Shown here: piece after piece, positions 8,242 through 17,047 of the stretch
Layout of the letters: every line of letters begins with the position of its first letter
Numbering within the stretch: the stretch's first letter is position 1
Source: an uncultured Thermoleophilaceae bacterium
Lineage (GTDB): Bacteria; Actinomycetota; Thermoleophilia; Solirubrobacterales; Thermoleophilaceae
Direction of reading: 5' to 3'
Assembly (NCBI GenBank): GCA_963827065.1
Contig: CAWGZM010000007.1
Location: 182,066 to 246,065 of the forward strand
Length of the DNA stretch: 64,000 bases
Made by a program: the position numbers and the translations under genes
The notes under the pieces: generated by a model
The model's input: only the letters and a program-made list of their open reading frames with translations
Database searches by the model: none
What the model was told of the DNA's origin: nothing

Positions 8242-10701
8242 TCAGCGGTGGCCTGAGAACTCCATCAGCTGCTGGAAGGTCGGCCGGTTGGTCCAGCGCA
8301 TCGTCTGGCCGAGGACGCCGGGCGGGAACGTGATCCGCTCCTCGTTCGCATCGGAGCGCCAGACTGCGGGATCGATGCCTTGGGTCAGGGCGAGCGCGTC
8401 CGCGCCCTGCTGGATCACGGCCCACAGCGAGCTCCTGCACGCCGCCAGGTCGCCGGCGCCGCAGTAGCCCCGGCTGTAGCGTCCGCGCACCGGCTTGCCG
8501 AGCAGCGAGCGCAGGTCCTTCTGGACGTAGCCGTACCAACCGCCGCCGTAGGCGCTTCCGTTCGACGTGCGCGGGCTGTTGTCGCGCCCGACGAGCTGGC
8601 CGAGCAGTCCGCCCGGCGCGCCAAGATCACCGACGACCGGCCGCAGGACGGCTTCCGAGAGCGCGTCCCAGGTCTGATCGAGGACGGCTGCGCCCGGGTC
8701 GTCGATCTTGCCGTCGAGTTCGCGGTCGAGCCTGCTCGCCCCTCTCGCCCGCCAGGCGTCCACGAGCGCCGCGGCCTGCTCGCTGCGAGCGTCCGGCGCG
8801 GGACCGCTCGATAGCACCTCGCGGATCAGCGGCCACACCTCGAGCGCGCGCAGGTCCTGGGTTGCGGCCCGATTCACAACGCTGAGCACGTCATGCAGCC
8901 GGCTCTTGCGCTTGAAGCCGTTGAACAGGTCGTTGCGGTGCACGGACTGGTAAGACCAGTTGTTGTCCGCGGCTCCGAAACCGGCCGCGGGCTTGTTGTT
9001 CCAGTTGAGGATCAACCCGCTCTCCGGATTGATGTCCTGCGGGTGGTCCTTCGTCTTCAGGAAGCCGCGCCACTCGTACTTGCCGGTGCCGAGGGTCGGA
9101 AGGCTCGGGTTCGTGCCCGGCGCGCGGATCGGGAGCCGTCCGGCCGAGAAGAAGCCGATGTCCTTGTGGTCGACGTAGAACAGGTTGAAGGTGAAACCGA
9201 AGCGGCTTGCCACCTTCGGCAGGTCCTTCGCGGAGCGAATCGCGCCTTCGTTCAGGCCTGAGCCGATGTATGCGCCGGTGACCTCGCGGCCGCGCGTCGA
9301 GCGCATCGTGGATACGGCGTACGGCCGGCCGCCGACGGTCACGGTGCCGCTCACCGGACCGTGCACCGTCTCGCGGAAGCTGACCTGCTCGTCCGGCTCC
9401 CCTCCGGCGCCCTTGAGCACGCCGGCATTGAACGTCTTCATCGGCCGGCAGCGGCCCTTGAACCGGTAGTGGACCGACTCGCGCGTGGCGGGGCTGCCGT
9501 CGGGGTTGCACAGCTGCTCGAGGAACTGGTCGGTGTTGTCGTTCGAGGCCGAGGTCGCGCTCCACGCGTAGTCGCGCGTGCGGCCGATCAGCACGTACGG
9601 GATCCCAGGCAGGACCCCGCCCCGGACGTGGATGCCGCCGCCGTGCGCGTCGACCTCCATGAAGATCTCCGGATAGAAGTAGCCGAGCTGCGGTCCCATC
9701 ACGGCGAGCGGGTGGCCGGTGGCGGAGCGCTTACGGCCCACGAGCACGGCGTTCGACGCGCGTGCGCGGGCGCCCATGGCGACCTTCGCGGCATTGGCGG
9801 CCGACGGGCTGAGCGAGCCCGGGTCCACCACGAGCGAGCCCGGCGCCCCGCCCCTGCGCTGCGTCACGTACGGGAAGCGGCGCCGCGTGGTCACGGACGT
9901 CTCGGGATCCTGTGCGGAGCGTAGGTCGCTCCACACGTCTGTGCCGGCCGGCCCGAGCCTGTTCCGAAGCTCAGCAAGCAGCTGGGAGCTGCGCACCTCG
10001 TCACCGCCGCCCGCGCCGAACACCTGCCCGAGTAGACCGACGACGGAGATGACGTCCACATAGGTCCAGGGCTTGATGCCGTTGTCCTGGCTGCGGTTGT
10101 ATGCGTTGATGCCGGCGACGTAGGCCTCCACGTCCTTCAGCAGCCTGCGCCCGCGGCGCCCGTCGCGGGCGATCAATCCGCGCTGACTGGCGATGAAGCG
10201 CTCCGTCTGACGGCTGGGCGTGAACTGGCGCAGGCCGGTGGCGAGGCTGAGCGCGTCTTTGCCGGGCGCGTCGAGGATGGTGAAGCGCGACGGATAGCGA
10301 ATCGTTTCCATGAACAGGCCGCGATCCTGCGCCGTCGCCCAGCCGATCGCCCAGTAGACGTCCGAGCGCGTGCGCGCCTCGATGTGCGGAACGCCCCACT
10401 TGCCGTCGCGGCGGATCTTCACGCCGCGCTTCGGTCGCGTGACGGTGCCGCCCTTCGGGGCGAAGAACCGCGCTGACTTGAAGTAGCTCGTGATGCTGTT
10501 CCGTGTGACGTCCCCGGACAGCGGCGTGAGCGCGTCGTAGATCCTGAGCTGGTCGACGCTGTGCTCGTCGGGCGGCAGGCTGCCCGACTGACCCGAGGGC
10601 AGCACGTTCCACGTCTGCTTGCCGAAGTCGAGCGGAGCCGCGCTCGCCGTCGGGACCAGCATCAGGAACGCCAAGACTGACGACAGGACGACGCGCTTCA
10701 C
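8242..10701 (-). CDS. Penicillin acylase family protein (S45 Ntn-hydrolase), secreted
   Basis: Signal peptide MKRVVLSSVLAFLMLVPTASA. The Ntn-nucleophile context is ASNAVLVGRKRSATGHPLAVMGPQLGYFYPEIFMEV..G.LPGIPYVLIGRT.DYAWSAT. The size (819 aa) is typical. Confidence 0.85.
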   Translation of the reverse strand: MKRVVLSSVLAFLMLVPTASAAPLDFGKQTWNVLPSGQSGSLPPDEHSVDQLRIYDALTPLSGDVTRNSITSYFKSARFFAPKGGTVTRPKRGVKIRRDGKWGVPHIEARTRSDVYWAIGWATAQDRGLFMETIRYPSRFTILDAPGKDALSLATGLRQFTPSRQTERFIASQRGLIARDGRRGRRLLKDVEAYVAGINAYNRSQDNGIKPWTYVDVISVVGLLGQVFGAGGGDEVRSSQLLAELRNRLGPAGTDVWSDLRSAQDPETSVTTRRRFPYVTQRRGGAPGSLVVDPGSLSPSAANAAKVAMGARARASNAVLVGRKRSATGHPLAVMGPQLGYFYPEIFMEVDAHGGGIHVRGGVLPGIPYVLIGRTRDYAWSATSASNDNTDQFLEQLCNPDGSPATRESVHYRFKGRCRPMKTFNAGVLKGAGGEPDEQVSFRETVHGPVSGTVTVGGRPYAVSTMRSTRGREVTGAYIGSGLNEGAIRSAKDLPKVASRFGFTFNLFYVDHKDIGFFSAGRLPIRAPGTNPSLPTLGTGKYEWRGFLKTKDHPQDINPESGLILNWNNKPAAGFGAADNNWSYQSVHRNDLFNGFKRKSRLHDVLSVVNRAATQDLRALEVWPLIREVLSSGPAPDARSEQAAALVDAWRARGASRLDRELDGKIDDPGAAVLDQTWDALSEAVLRPVVGDLGAPGGLLGQLVGRDNSPRTSNGSAYGGGWYGYVQKDLRSLLGKPVRGRYSRGYCGAGDLAACRSSLWAVIQQGADALALTQGIDPAVWRSDANEERITFPPGVLGQTMRWTNRPTFQQLMEFSGHR

Positions 10702-10716
10702 TGCTCCTCCTCCTCG

Positions 10717-11628
10717 CTAAGGGCGCGAGGAGACTAGCTGCTCAGCCAGCTCTGCCGGCGCAGCTCGTCCCGCGTCGAGAATGCGCACGTGCTCGAGCCG
10801 GCGCATCCAGGTGAGCTGGCGGCGCGCGTAATTGCGGGTTCTGCGCTTCATCGCCTCGACGTCGCCGCGCAACAGCTCCTCGAAGCCGAGCGCCTTGCGT
10901 GCCGTCGCCGAGGCGCCCGCCGCATCGGCGCGCCGCACCTCCTCCACGGCGCCGGCGGCGACCATCGCATCCACGCGCGCGTCTATGCGGCGGTAGAGCT
11001 CGTGGCGGTCCATGACGAGGCCTCCGAGGAGCGTCGGGTGGCGGAGGTTCGCCGTCCACAGGCGCGACTCCGCGCCCGCCGGCGCTGGACTCTCCCCCAT
11101 CTCGAGCAGCTCGAGCGCCCTGATTATGCGCGTGCGGTCGCCGGGCTCGATCGCGGCCGCCGCGGCCGGCTCCCGCTCCGCCAGCTCCGCGTGGAGGGCT
11201 GCCGGGCCGCGCGCGTCGAGCTCCGCGGTGATGCGCTCGCGCAGGTCTGGAGGCGGCGGCGGGCGCAGCTCCAGGTCCGTCAGCGCGGCCTGCAGGTAGA
11301 GCCCGGTGCCGCCGACGACAATGGGACTCCTCCCCTCGTCGCGCGCCGCGTCGATCTCGGCGCGGGCGAGCGCCGCGAAGCGTCCCGCCGAGAACGTCTC
11401 CGTCACCGGCACGAACGAGAGCAGCCGGTGCTCGAGCGGCCCGCGCTCGGCGGCCGTGGCCGCCCCGCTCAGGATCTCGAGGCCGGCGTACACCTGAAGC
11501 GCGTCGGCCGAAATCGCGACCGGGTGCTCGCCCTGTCCGCGCAGCCGCTCCGCCAAGGCGATGGCCACGGCCGTCTTGCCGATGCCGGTCGGGCCGAACA
11601 GGGCGATCACGTGGTGATCGGCGGGCAC
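10717..11628 (-). CDS. miaA: tRNA dimethylallyltransferase
   Basis: P-loop GPTGIGKTAVAIALAERL, then GGTGLYLQA and RNYARRQLTWMRR. Confidence 0.9.
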   Translation of the reverse strand: MPADHHVIALFGPTGIGKTAVAIALAERLRGQGEHPVAISADALQVYAGLEILSGAATAAERGPLEHRLLSFVPVTETFSAGRFAALARAEIDAARDEGRSPIVVGGTGLYLQAALTDLELRPPPPPDLRERITAELDARGPAALHAELAEREPAAAAAIEPGDRTRIIRALELLEMGESPAPAGAESRLWTANLRHPTLLGGLVMDRHELYRRIDARVDAMVAAGAVEEVRRADAAGASATARKALGFEELLRGDVEAMKRRTRNYARRQLTWMRRLEHVRILDAGRAAPAELAEQLVSSRP

Positions 11629-12021
11629 GATCGCTAGTAGTACATCGGTCGTGACGGCCTGTGACGTGCCGTCTCGGAAAGCGGCGTGCTTGCAGGCATA
11701 AACGTCATTCGGCAGGACGACGGTATCGGGGCGTGATGTCCCGGGAGGAGTTCATCTGTCGGCCGCCGCTTCTAGCGCGGCTCCGTTGCGTCGGTGAAGT
11801 GACGCTAGAACGGTTTGGCCACGCGACGGCCGAATGCCGTGTGAGCCGTCCGGTCGTACGCCGCGCGGTCGTCCGCGGCGGCGCACTCGCAGAAGAATTG
11901 CGTATACGCGCACATGCCGGACCGCAAGTCACGCAATTTGCGGGAATCCACGATATGCGCCTTTCGCCATCCTGATGCTTCGAACTTAGCCTGGAAACCG
12001 GCGGTATCTAGGACAGTGGAG

Positions 12022-12954
12022 ATGGCGCAGGTGAGTGAAGGCAGTGGTACGGGCGGCGCGGCGACCGGTCGCCGAAGCCGCATGCCTCTGGTTGCGCTGA
12101 CCCTTGCTATTGCCTTTGCTTTGCTGGTTCCGCCCGCATCTGCGCAGGTAAGCGGTGGCGGGACGGAACCAGGGGTTGACTCGGCAACTCCCGTAGGGGG
12201 CTCAGCACCGGATACAAACCCGGAGCCGCCCGCTCTCGAGGTGCCCACCCCTACGCCTGAACCCTCCGCCACGCAGCCGGCGTCGGGTCCCGACACGCAG
12301 GCCCCGACACTCGAACCCACGCCTGTGCCGACCCAGGAGACAGCTCCCCAGCCGCCCGCCCCGTCACCTGAGACAACCGAGGTCGTCCAACCGCCGACCG
12401 AGCCATCCGCCCCGTCCAGCGGTCCTCAGCTCCCCGCCGCGAGCGAGCCACCGCCCGCCGAGGCCCCCGCGCCGCCGTCAGAGACCGCACCGGATTCGTC
12501 CGTGCTCGAGCACGCTGGTCCGACCGCGGACGCGCCGGCCGAGGCGCTCCCCGAGCCGGTTGTCGACTCCCCACCCCGGGCTGAGAGGGCAGCGGAGGCC
12601 ATACTCCCCGAGGCGCTCAAGCTGATGGACGATCTTGCCGGGGTGAGAGGCACGATGACCATGTTGGCGGCGGAGGATCAGGCCCCGGCTGTTGGCGTGT
12701 CGCCGTCGCGGCCGGATTCCGGCCCGGCCCCCGAAGATTCGTCACCGGTGCCGTCTCCCGACCCATCTCCGCTGACCGGGGGTGCGGCGTCCGGAGCAGC
12801 GGGAGGCGTTCCCTCCGGTGGCGGATCCGCCGCCCTCTATGCGCTCCTGATTACCGTTGCCGCGTTCGCCCGCGGACTCTGGGGCCGGTTGCAATTGGTT
12901 CCCGTTCGCTGGCGTTCAGTGACGATCGTCGCTCTGAACGAACGGCCCGGCTAA
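12022..12954 (+). CDS. Pro/Thr/Glu-rich exported protein with N-terminal signal/TM and C-terminal hydrophobic anchor
   Basis: GGAG precedes the ATG at 12022. The N-terminus RRSRMPLVALTLAIAFALLVPPASAQ is followed by about 200 aa of PxP/PT low complexity. The C-terminal ALYALLITVAAFARGLWGR is a hydrophobic segment plus basic residues. Confidence 0.55.
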   Translation: MAQVSEGSGTGGAATGRRSRMPLVALTLAIAFALLVPPASAQVSGGGTEPGVDSATPVGGSAPDTNPEPPALEVPTPTPEPSATQPASGPDTQAPTLEPTPVPTQETAPQPPAPSPETTEVVQPPTEPSAPSSGPQLPAASEPPPAEAPAPPSETAPDSSVLEHAGPTADAPAEALPEPVVDSPPRAERAAEAILPEALKLMDDLAGVRGTMTMLAAEDQAPAVGVSPSRPDSGPAPEDSSPVPSPDPSPLTGGAASGAAGGVPSGGGSAALYALLITVAAFARGLWGRLQLVPVRWRSVTIVALNERPG

Positions 12955-13139
12955 GGCCTCCAGGCCAGCCAGTCCGAGCCCGGTGCGCAGGCGCCCGGGT
13001 GCACCGTTCGATTCAGGAGTAGGACCGTGAAAAGGAGATATTGCGTGGGGGGCACGAAGTGGCAACCCTCCTGGGCTGCAGCGCTGGCGCCGGTGCCACC
13101 CCCGCCCAGACGACTGCGCCATCGCTCGGGAGGTGCGGC

Positions 13140-13577
13140 GTGAAGCGGGAGAGATGGCTGCCGGCCACGCCCGCCAGCGCCCAGGGTGCGCGTTCCATTG
13201 TGCGTGAGGCGGCCGCCGAGGCCGGTCTCGAGAGCGACTCCGCGTGGGAACTGATGGTGGCCTCGACCGAGGCGGTCACGAACGCCGTGCAGCACGGCAA
13301 GGCCTGGCCAAACGACTGCGTCCTGTTCGCAACCGAGCCGTGCCCGCGTGGTCTGCGAGTGGAGGTCTGCGACCTCGGCACGTTCGACAGCGCGCTCGAG
13401 CCGGCCCCGCTTGAGGCGACGTCTGGCCGCGGCATGCAGATCATCGCGGCGCTCGTCGACCGCCTCGAGGTGAGACACGGAGACGGGCGCACGCTCGTAC
13501 GGTTCGAGAAGCACAGAGACACGGCTCCCCGGCAGGCGACCGCAAGCGCGAGTAGGAGACGCGTGCGAGCAGCGTGA
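13140..13577 (+). CDS. ATP-binding anti-sigma factor / RsbW-SpoIIAB-like serine kinase (HATPase_c_2)
   Basis: ARSIVREAAAEAGL....WELMVASTEAVTNAVQHG (N-box) ... GRGMQIIAALVDRLEV (G-box). GGGAGG precedes the GTG at 13140. Confidence 0.6.
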   Translation: MKRERWLPATPASAQGARSIVREAAAEAGLESDSAWELMVASTEAVTNAVQHGKAWPNDCVLFATEPCPRGLRVEVCDLGTFDSALEPAPLEATSGRGMQIIAALVDRLEVRHGDGRTLVRFEKHRDTAPRQATASASRRRVRAA

Positions 13578-13717
13578 ACCGGTGCCGCAGTTCACCCCGC
13601 GATCCACGAACACGCGGCCGGTCGGAGAGCGTCGAGGAGATTTGAGCACTGGCGCTCATCCCCGCCTCACAAGTCGCTACAAGCCCCCAGACAGCTGCCG
13701 CCCGGCTGACGATGGGC

Positions 13718-14560
13718 TCACACCTTGCGGTAGCGAGCGTCCACCATCGAATAGGCGGCGAACCCCATCAGGCCCGCGGCGACGATGCCGAGTAGGAGCG
13801 GCCCGTAGGACGCCTGGCCGAGCGCGGTCAACGCGCCGTCGAGGCTCACCGCCTCGTCGGGGTCGAAGTCGATCGCGGCCCTGATGAAGAACCAGCCGAT
13901 AAGCACGAACACGACCATGCGCGCGAAGTGCCCGAAGACTCCGAGGGCGGTGAAGCCGCGCCGCATAAGCTCGCTCATCTGCTCCGTCTTCGAGCTCTCG
14001 AGGAAGCTCCGCGTCAGTCCCTTCCAGCCCTGCTGGAGCCCGGCGCCGATCACCACCACGCCGATGGCGCCCACGATGAGCTGCCCGGCCGGCCAGCCGA
14101 GCACCCCGCCGGTCTGCTCCTTCGGGCTGCCCGAGTCGGCGCCCGACCCCACCAGGATCGAGATGGCCGTGATGCAGAGGATCAGGTAGCCGACTCCGCT
14201 CGCGAGCGCGTCGATCCGCTCCTTGAAGTCGTCCGAGTCCTCACGGCCGTGGCCGAGTGCGGCCCGTGCCAGGCGCCAGAGGCCGTAGCCCGCGAGCCCC
14301 ACCGCTGTGAGAATCAGCAGGACCTTGCCGAACGGCTGCTCGGCGATCGTCTTGAGCGCGCCGTTCTGGTTCGTGGTCTCGCCGCCGTCGCCGAGGGCGA
14401 GCTTGATCGCGAGCAGCCCGATGATCGCGTAGATCACCCCGCGCACGAAGATGCCGGCGCGCGCGAGCATCTCGAAAGCGCGCGTGCGCGTGATGTCCTC
14501 GCCCGTCGAGCGAGCCTGCTTGATCGGGGCCGCCGCCGCGGCGGCCGGGTCGTGTTCCAT
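13718..14560 (-). CDS. DUF1206 domain-containing membrane protein
   Basis: Repeated ARAGxxxRGVIYxxIGxLAxxLA / LxxxAxGLxxYGxWRL modules, typical of DUF1206. The start abuts the stop of the lipid-kinase gene with 0-nt spacing. Confidence 0.7.
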   Translation of the reverse strand: MEHDPAAAAAAPIKQARSTGEDITRTRAFEMLARAGIFVRGVIYAIIGLLAIKLALGDGGETTNQNGALKTIAEQPFGKVLLILTAVGLAGYGLWRLARAALGHGREDSDDFKERIDALASGVGYLILCITAISILVGSGADSGSPKEQTGGVLGWPAGQLIVGAIGVVVIGAGLQQGWKGLTRSFLESSKTEQMSELMRRGFTALGVFGHFARMVVFVLIGWFFIRAAIDFDPDEAVSLDGALTALGQASYGPLLLGIVAAGLMGFAAYSMVDARYRKV

Positions 14561-15448
14561 CTAGAGCTCCCTTCCGTTGGCCCGCGGTACGCACACCGTC
14601 AGCGCCCCCGGCTCGATCTCCGCCTTGAACTTCCTGACCTTGCTGCGGTCGCCGCCGTCGAGCTCGTAGCGGACCTTTCGGTCGAGCTTGACCGCCACCT
14701 GCTTCGCCTTCGTCGTGCGCACGAAGGGCGAGCGGCTCGGGTCGCCGACCGCGGTGCGGGCGAGCGTCCGGCCCCACTGGAGGAGGCCGTCGGCCGTGAC
14801 GATCCCGAGCTCGAGCACGCCGTCGTCCGGGCGGGCGTCGGGGAACACCTCGACGCCCCCGAAGACCTCGCCCAGGTTGCCGAGCAGGATGCAGCTCGCC
14901 GGGCCCTCGTACCAGTCCACTGCGTCGACGGTGATCTCGGCGTCGAATGACTCGCGGCGCAGGTGGCGCGAGCCGCTCAGCACGTAAGCGGCGCGGCCGA
15001 GCCGCTCCTTGAGAGCGTCGGCGTCGCGGATCATGGCCGCGTCGAAGCCCGCGCCAGCCATGACGGCGAAGCGCTCGTCGCGAAAGCGGCCGACGTCGAG
15101 GCTGCGGCGCTCGCCGCGCAGCCCGATTGCGACCGCTCGCTCGATCTCCTGCGGGATGCCCAGGTTCGAGGCGAACAGGTTGGCGGTGCCCGCGGGGAGC
15201 ACGGCGAGCGCGGCGTCCCTGCCCGCGAGCGCGCCAATGGCACGGCGCACCGTCCCGTCGCCGCCCCAGACGAAGAACAGCTCGGCGCCCTCGTCGAGCG
15301 CCCGCTCGATCTGCTCGGCGGTGGGCTTGGCCTTCGGCACCTCGTACCAGAGCGGCTCGTCGATGCCGGCTCGCTCGAGGACGCGCCGCAGCTCCGGCAA
15401 GCCCCTGCCGAACGTCTTGGATGCGTTGGCCACCACCGCGACCTTCAT
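14561..15448 (-). CDS. Diacylglycerol/lipid kinase family protein (DAGK_cat)
   Basis: VWGGDGTVRRAIGAL...LAVLPAGTANLFASNLGIP catalytic-domain motifs. The junction with the upstream PAP2 gene is an ATGA overlap. Confidence 0.8.
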   Translation of the reverse strand: MKVAVVANASKTFGRGLPELRRVLERAGIDEPLWYEVPKAKPTAEQIERALDEGAELFFVWGGDGTVRRAIGALAGRDAALAVLPAGTANLFASNLGIPQEIERAVAIGLRGERRSLDVGRFRDERFAVMAGAGFDAAMIRDADALKERLGRAAYVLSGSRHLRRESFDAEITVDAVDWYEGPASCILLGNLGEVFGGVEVFPDARPDDGVLELGIVTADGLLQWGRTLARTAVGDPSRSPFVRTTKAKQVAVKLDRKVRYELDGGDRSKVRKFKAEIEPGALTVCVPRANGREL

Positions 15449-16245
15449 GCCACGACGCGCTCCTTGGGCGGGGACCGGGTGGCGCCGCCAGTGTGCGTGG
15501 CGCGTGCGGCGTCCGCCGCGCGGCAGGCGAACAGCAGCACGATCACGGCGCCGGCGCCCACGAGCAGACCGCCGCCCTCGTCGAGCGGATGGTGCATGCC
15601 GCGGTACATGCGGGAGAGCCCCACGAACAGCGGGACGAGGATCGCCACGAGCCAGGCGGCGATCTTGGTGCCGCGGCTGGGGAAGCGCGATGTGAGCAGG
15701 ATCATGAGGCCCGCGTAGACCGCGAACGAGGCGGCCACGTGGCCGGAGGGGTAGCTCGCGTCAGCCTCGAGGTCCTCGAGCCGGTTGACGTCAGGACGCT
15801 CGCGCGGCACCACGATCGTCGTGATCCGGTAGGTCGCCGACTCCACCGCCAGCACGAAGGCCGCGAAGCCCACGATCAGCCACTTGCGCATGAAGGCGGC
15901 AGCGATCGCCACGAGGCCGACGAGGATCGGGAGCACCGGCGCGCCGCCGACGGTCGAGCCGACCTCCGAGACGTCGGTCAGGAACGGCGTGCGCTCGGCC
16001 ACGATCGTGTCGACGACGTCCTGGTCCTCGCCCCCGAGACCGAGCTCACCCACGAGCAGCTCCATGGTGAGGAGCGCGAGCAGGATGGAGGCGAGCACAA
16101 GCACGGCGAGGCCCGTGAACAGAGCGGCGAAGAAGACCGCTGCCGGGTGGCGCCCGCGCATGCGGTGGGCGAACCGCTCCGCAGCGCCGCCGCTTGCGGC
16201 GGTCAAGACCGGCAGATGTGCCTTCGAGCGGGCGCGCGCCTCCAT
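15445..16245 (-). CDS. PAP2-superfamily lipid phosphate phosphatase (membrane)
   Basis: The three PAP2 motifs are present: ...VVPRERP, SYPSGHV and SRMYRGMHHPLDE, with several TM segments. The start is set to ATG 16245 (GAAAGGA upstream). An alternative is 16320. Confidence 0.75.
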   Translation of the reverse strand: MEARARSKAHLPVLTAASGGAAERFAHRMRGRHPAAVFFAALFTGLAVLVLASILLALLTMELLVGELGLGGEDQDVVDTIVAERTPFLTDVSEVGSTVGGAPVLPILVGLVAIAAAFMRKWLIVGFAAFVLAVESATYRITTIVVPRERPDVNRLEDLEADASYPSGHVAASFAVYAGLMILLTSRFPSRGTKIAAWLVAILVPLFVGLSRMYRGMHHPLDEGGGLLVGAGAVIVLLFACRAADAARATHTGGATRSPPKERVVA

Positions 16246-16492
16246 GCGCTTTTTCCTTTCGGATCGGCGGGTACGGATTCCCCGACGCCAGCTCTCATAC
16301 CTTGACTGCGCTCCTTTCATTCCTCCTTGCATCCTCAGTCGGCGCCGCCATTGCCGCGATCGTCTGGCGCCGCCGCGGTCGGGTCGCGCCGAGCCGCGAG
16401 CTCCCATGGCGTGCCGGCCGGGCCCTCCGGCGCCGTTCAGGGCACGCCGGGAGGCCCGGTTCCCGCTGGGCCTCCGGCCGTCCTGCCGGTTG

Positions 16493-17047
16493 TTACGGCT
16501 TCGGGCCCTTGGCGTGCACCGGGTGTGGCTTCTTGGTCTTGCTCTTGCCGCCGGCCTTGCTCGCAGTCAGGTCACCGCAGGCGATGATGGTGCCGGCCGG
16601 CAGGCCGTTGGTAGGCGTTGCCACGTGGACGTTCACGGAGTAGCGCTTGGAGGGATCGGCGTTGAACGTCGCCGACTTGCCTCTCGTGTTCGCGTTCCCC
16701 GACTCGTTTGCGGTCAGCGTCCCGTTTGCGCCGACCTGCGTGCGGTAGGTCCAGCCCGGGACCGGCGCGCCCGTCGCCGCGCACGTGCCTTCGTGAACGT
16801 GCCACAGATACATGGTGCCGGCAGCGAGGTTGCGCATGTGCAGGCTCGCCTTGTTGTTCTTCTTGCCGTCGACAAGCCGGGCGCTGCCCCTGACGCTGGC
16901 GAGGCCGGCGGTGGTGGCGGCCGGATTGACGGCAGTCAGCGAAGCCTTGTACGGCTTCGCGGAGTGGCCGCCGCCGGCCGTCGCCGGGCCGGCGACCCCG
17001 ATCGCGAAAATCGAGGCCACGGCGGCCACACTGACACGGCGGATCAT
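16493..17047 (-). CDS. Exported Cu,Zn-superoxide-dismutase-like protein (SodC-like, Zn-loop ligands absent)
   Basis: Signal peptide MIRRVSVAAVASIFAIGVAGPATA. WHVHEGTC (compare GFHxHExGxC), SVNVHV and IIACGDL (compare RxACGVI). There is no His in the region that would form the Zn site. The tail is lysine-rich. Confidence 0.5.
   Translation of the reverse strand: MIRRVSVAAVASIFAIGVAGPATAGGGHSAKPYKASLTAVNPAATTAGLASVRGSARLVDGKKNNKASLHMRNLAAGTMYLWHVHEGTCAATGAPVPGWTYRTQVGANGTLTANESGNANTRGKSATFNADPSKRYSVNVHVATPTNGLPAGTIIACGDLTASKAGGKSKTKKPHPVHAKGPKP

Noticed and set aside
11805-11914. A 36-codon Cys-containing ORF (MCAYTQFFCECAAADDRAAYDRTAHTAFGRRVAKPF, minus strand) in the 393-bp miaA / Pro-rich-protein spacer. 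Its third-position GC is high and coding-like.
   Set aside because: There is no Shine-Dalgarno-like sequence upstream, no recognisable family and no partner genes (for example RiPP maturases). It is the tail of a longer spurious ORF (11805-12320). The evidence is insufficient to call a gene.
12760-12790. SPLTGG near the C-terminus of the Pro-rich protein as a sortase LPXTG/LAXTG signal.
   Set aside because: The motif lacks the Leu at position 1. It lies about 20 residues before the hydrophobic segment, further than typical. No sortase gene is in the window. It is mentioned only as an architecture resemblance.
16246-16492. A bulged GC hairpin (CCGGGAGGCCC...GGGCCTCCGG, about 16445-16480) after the SodC-like gene, as an intrinsic terminator. 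Also an alternative upstream PAP2 start at AAGGAGGAATG (16320).
   Set aside because: The hairpin has no following U-tract. The AAGGAGG lies only 1-2 nt from that ATG, too close for a functional Shine-Dalgarno spacing. The ATG at 16245 with GAAAGGA at about -8 was preferred.
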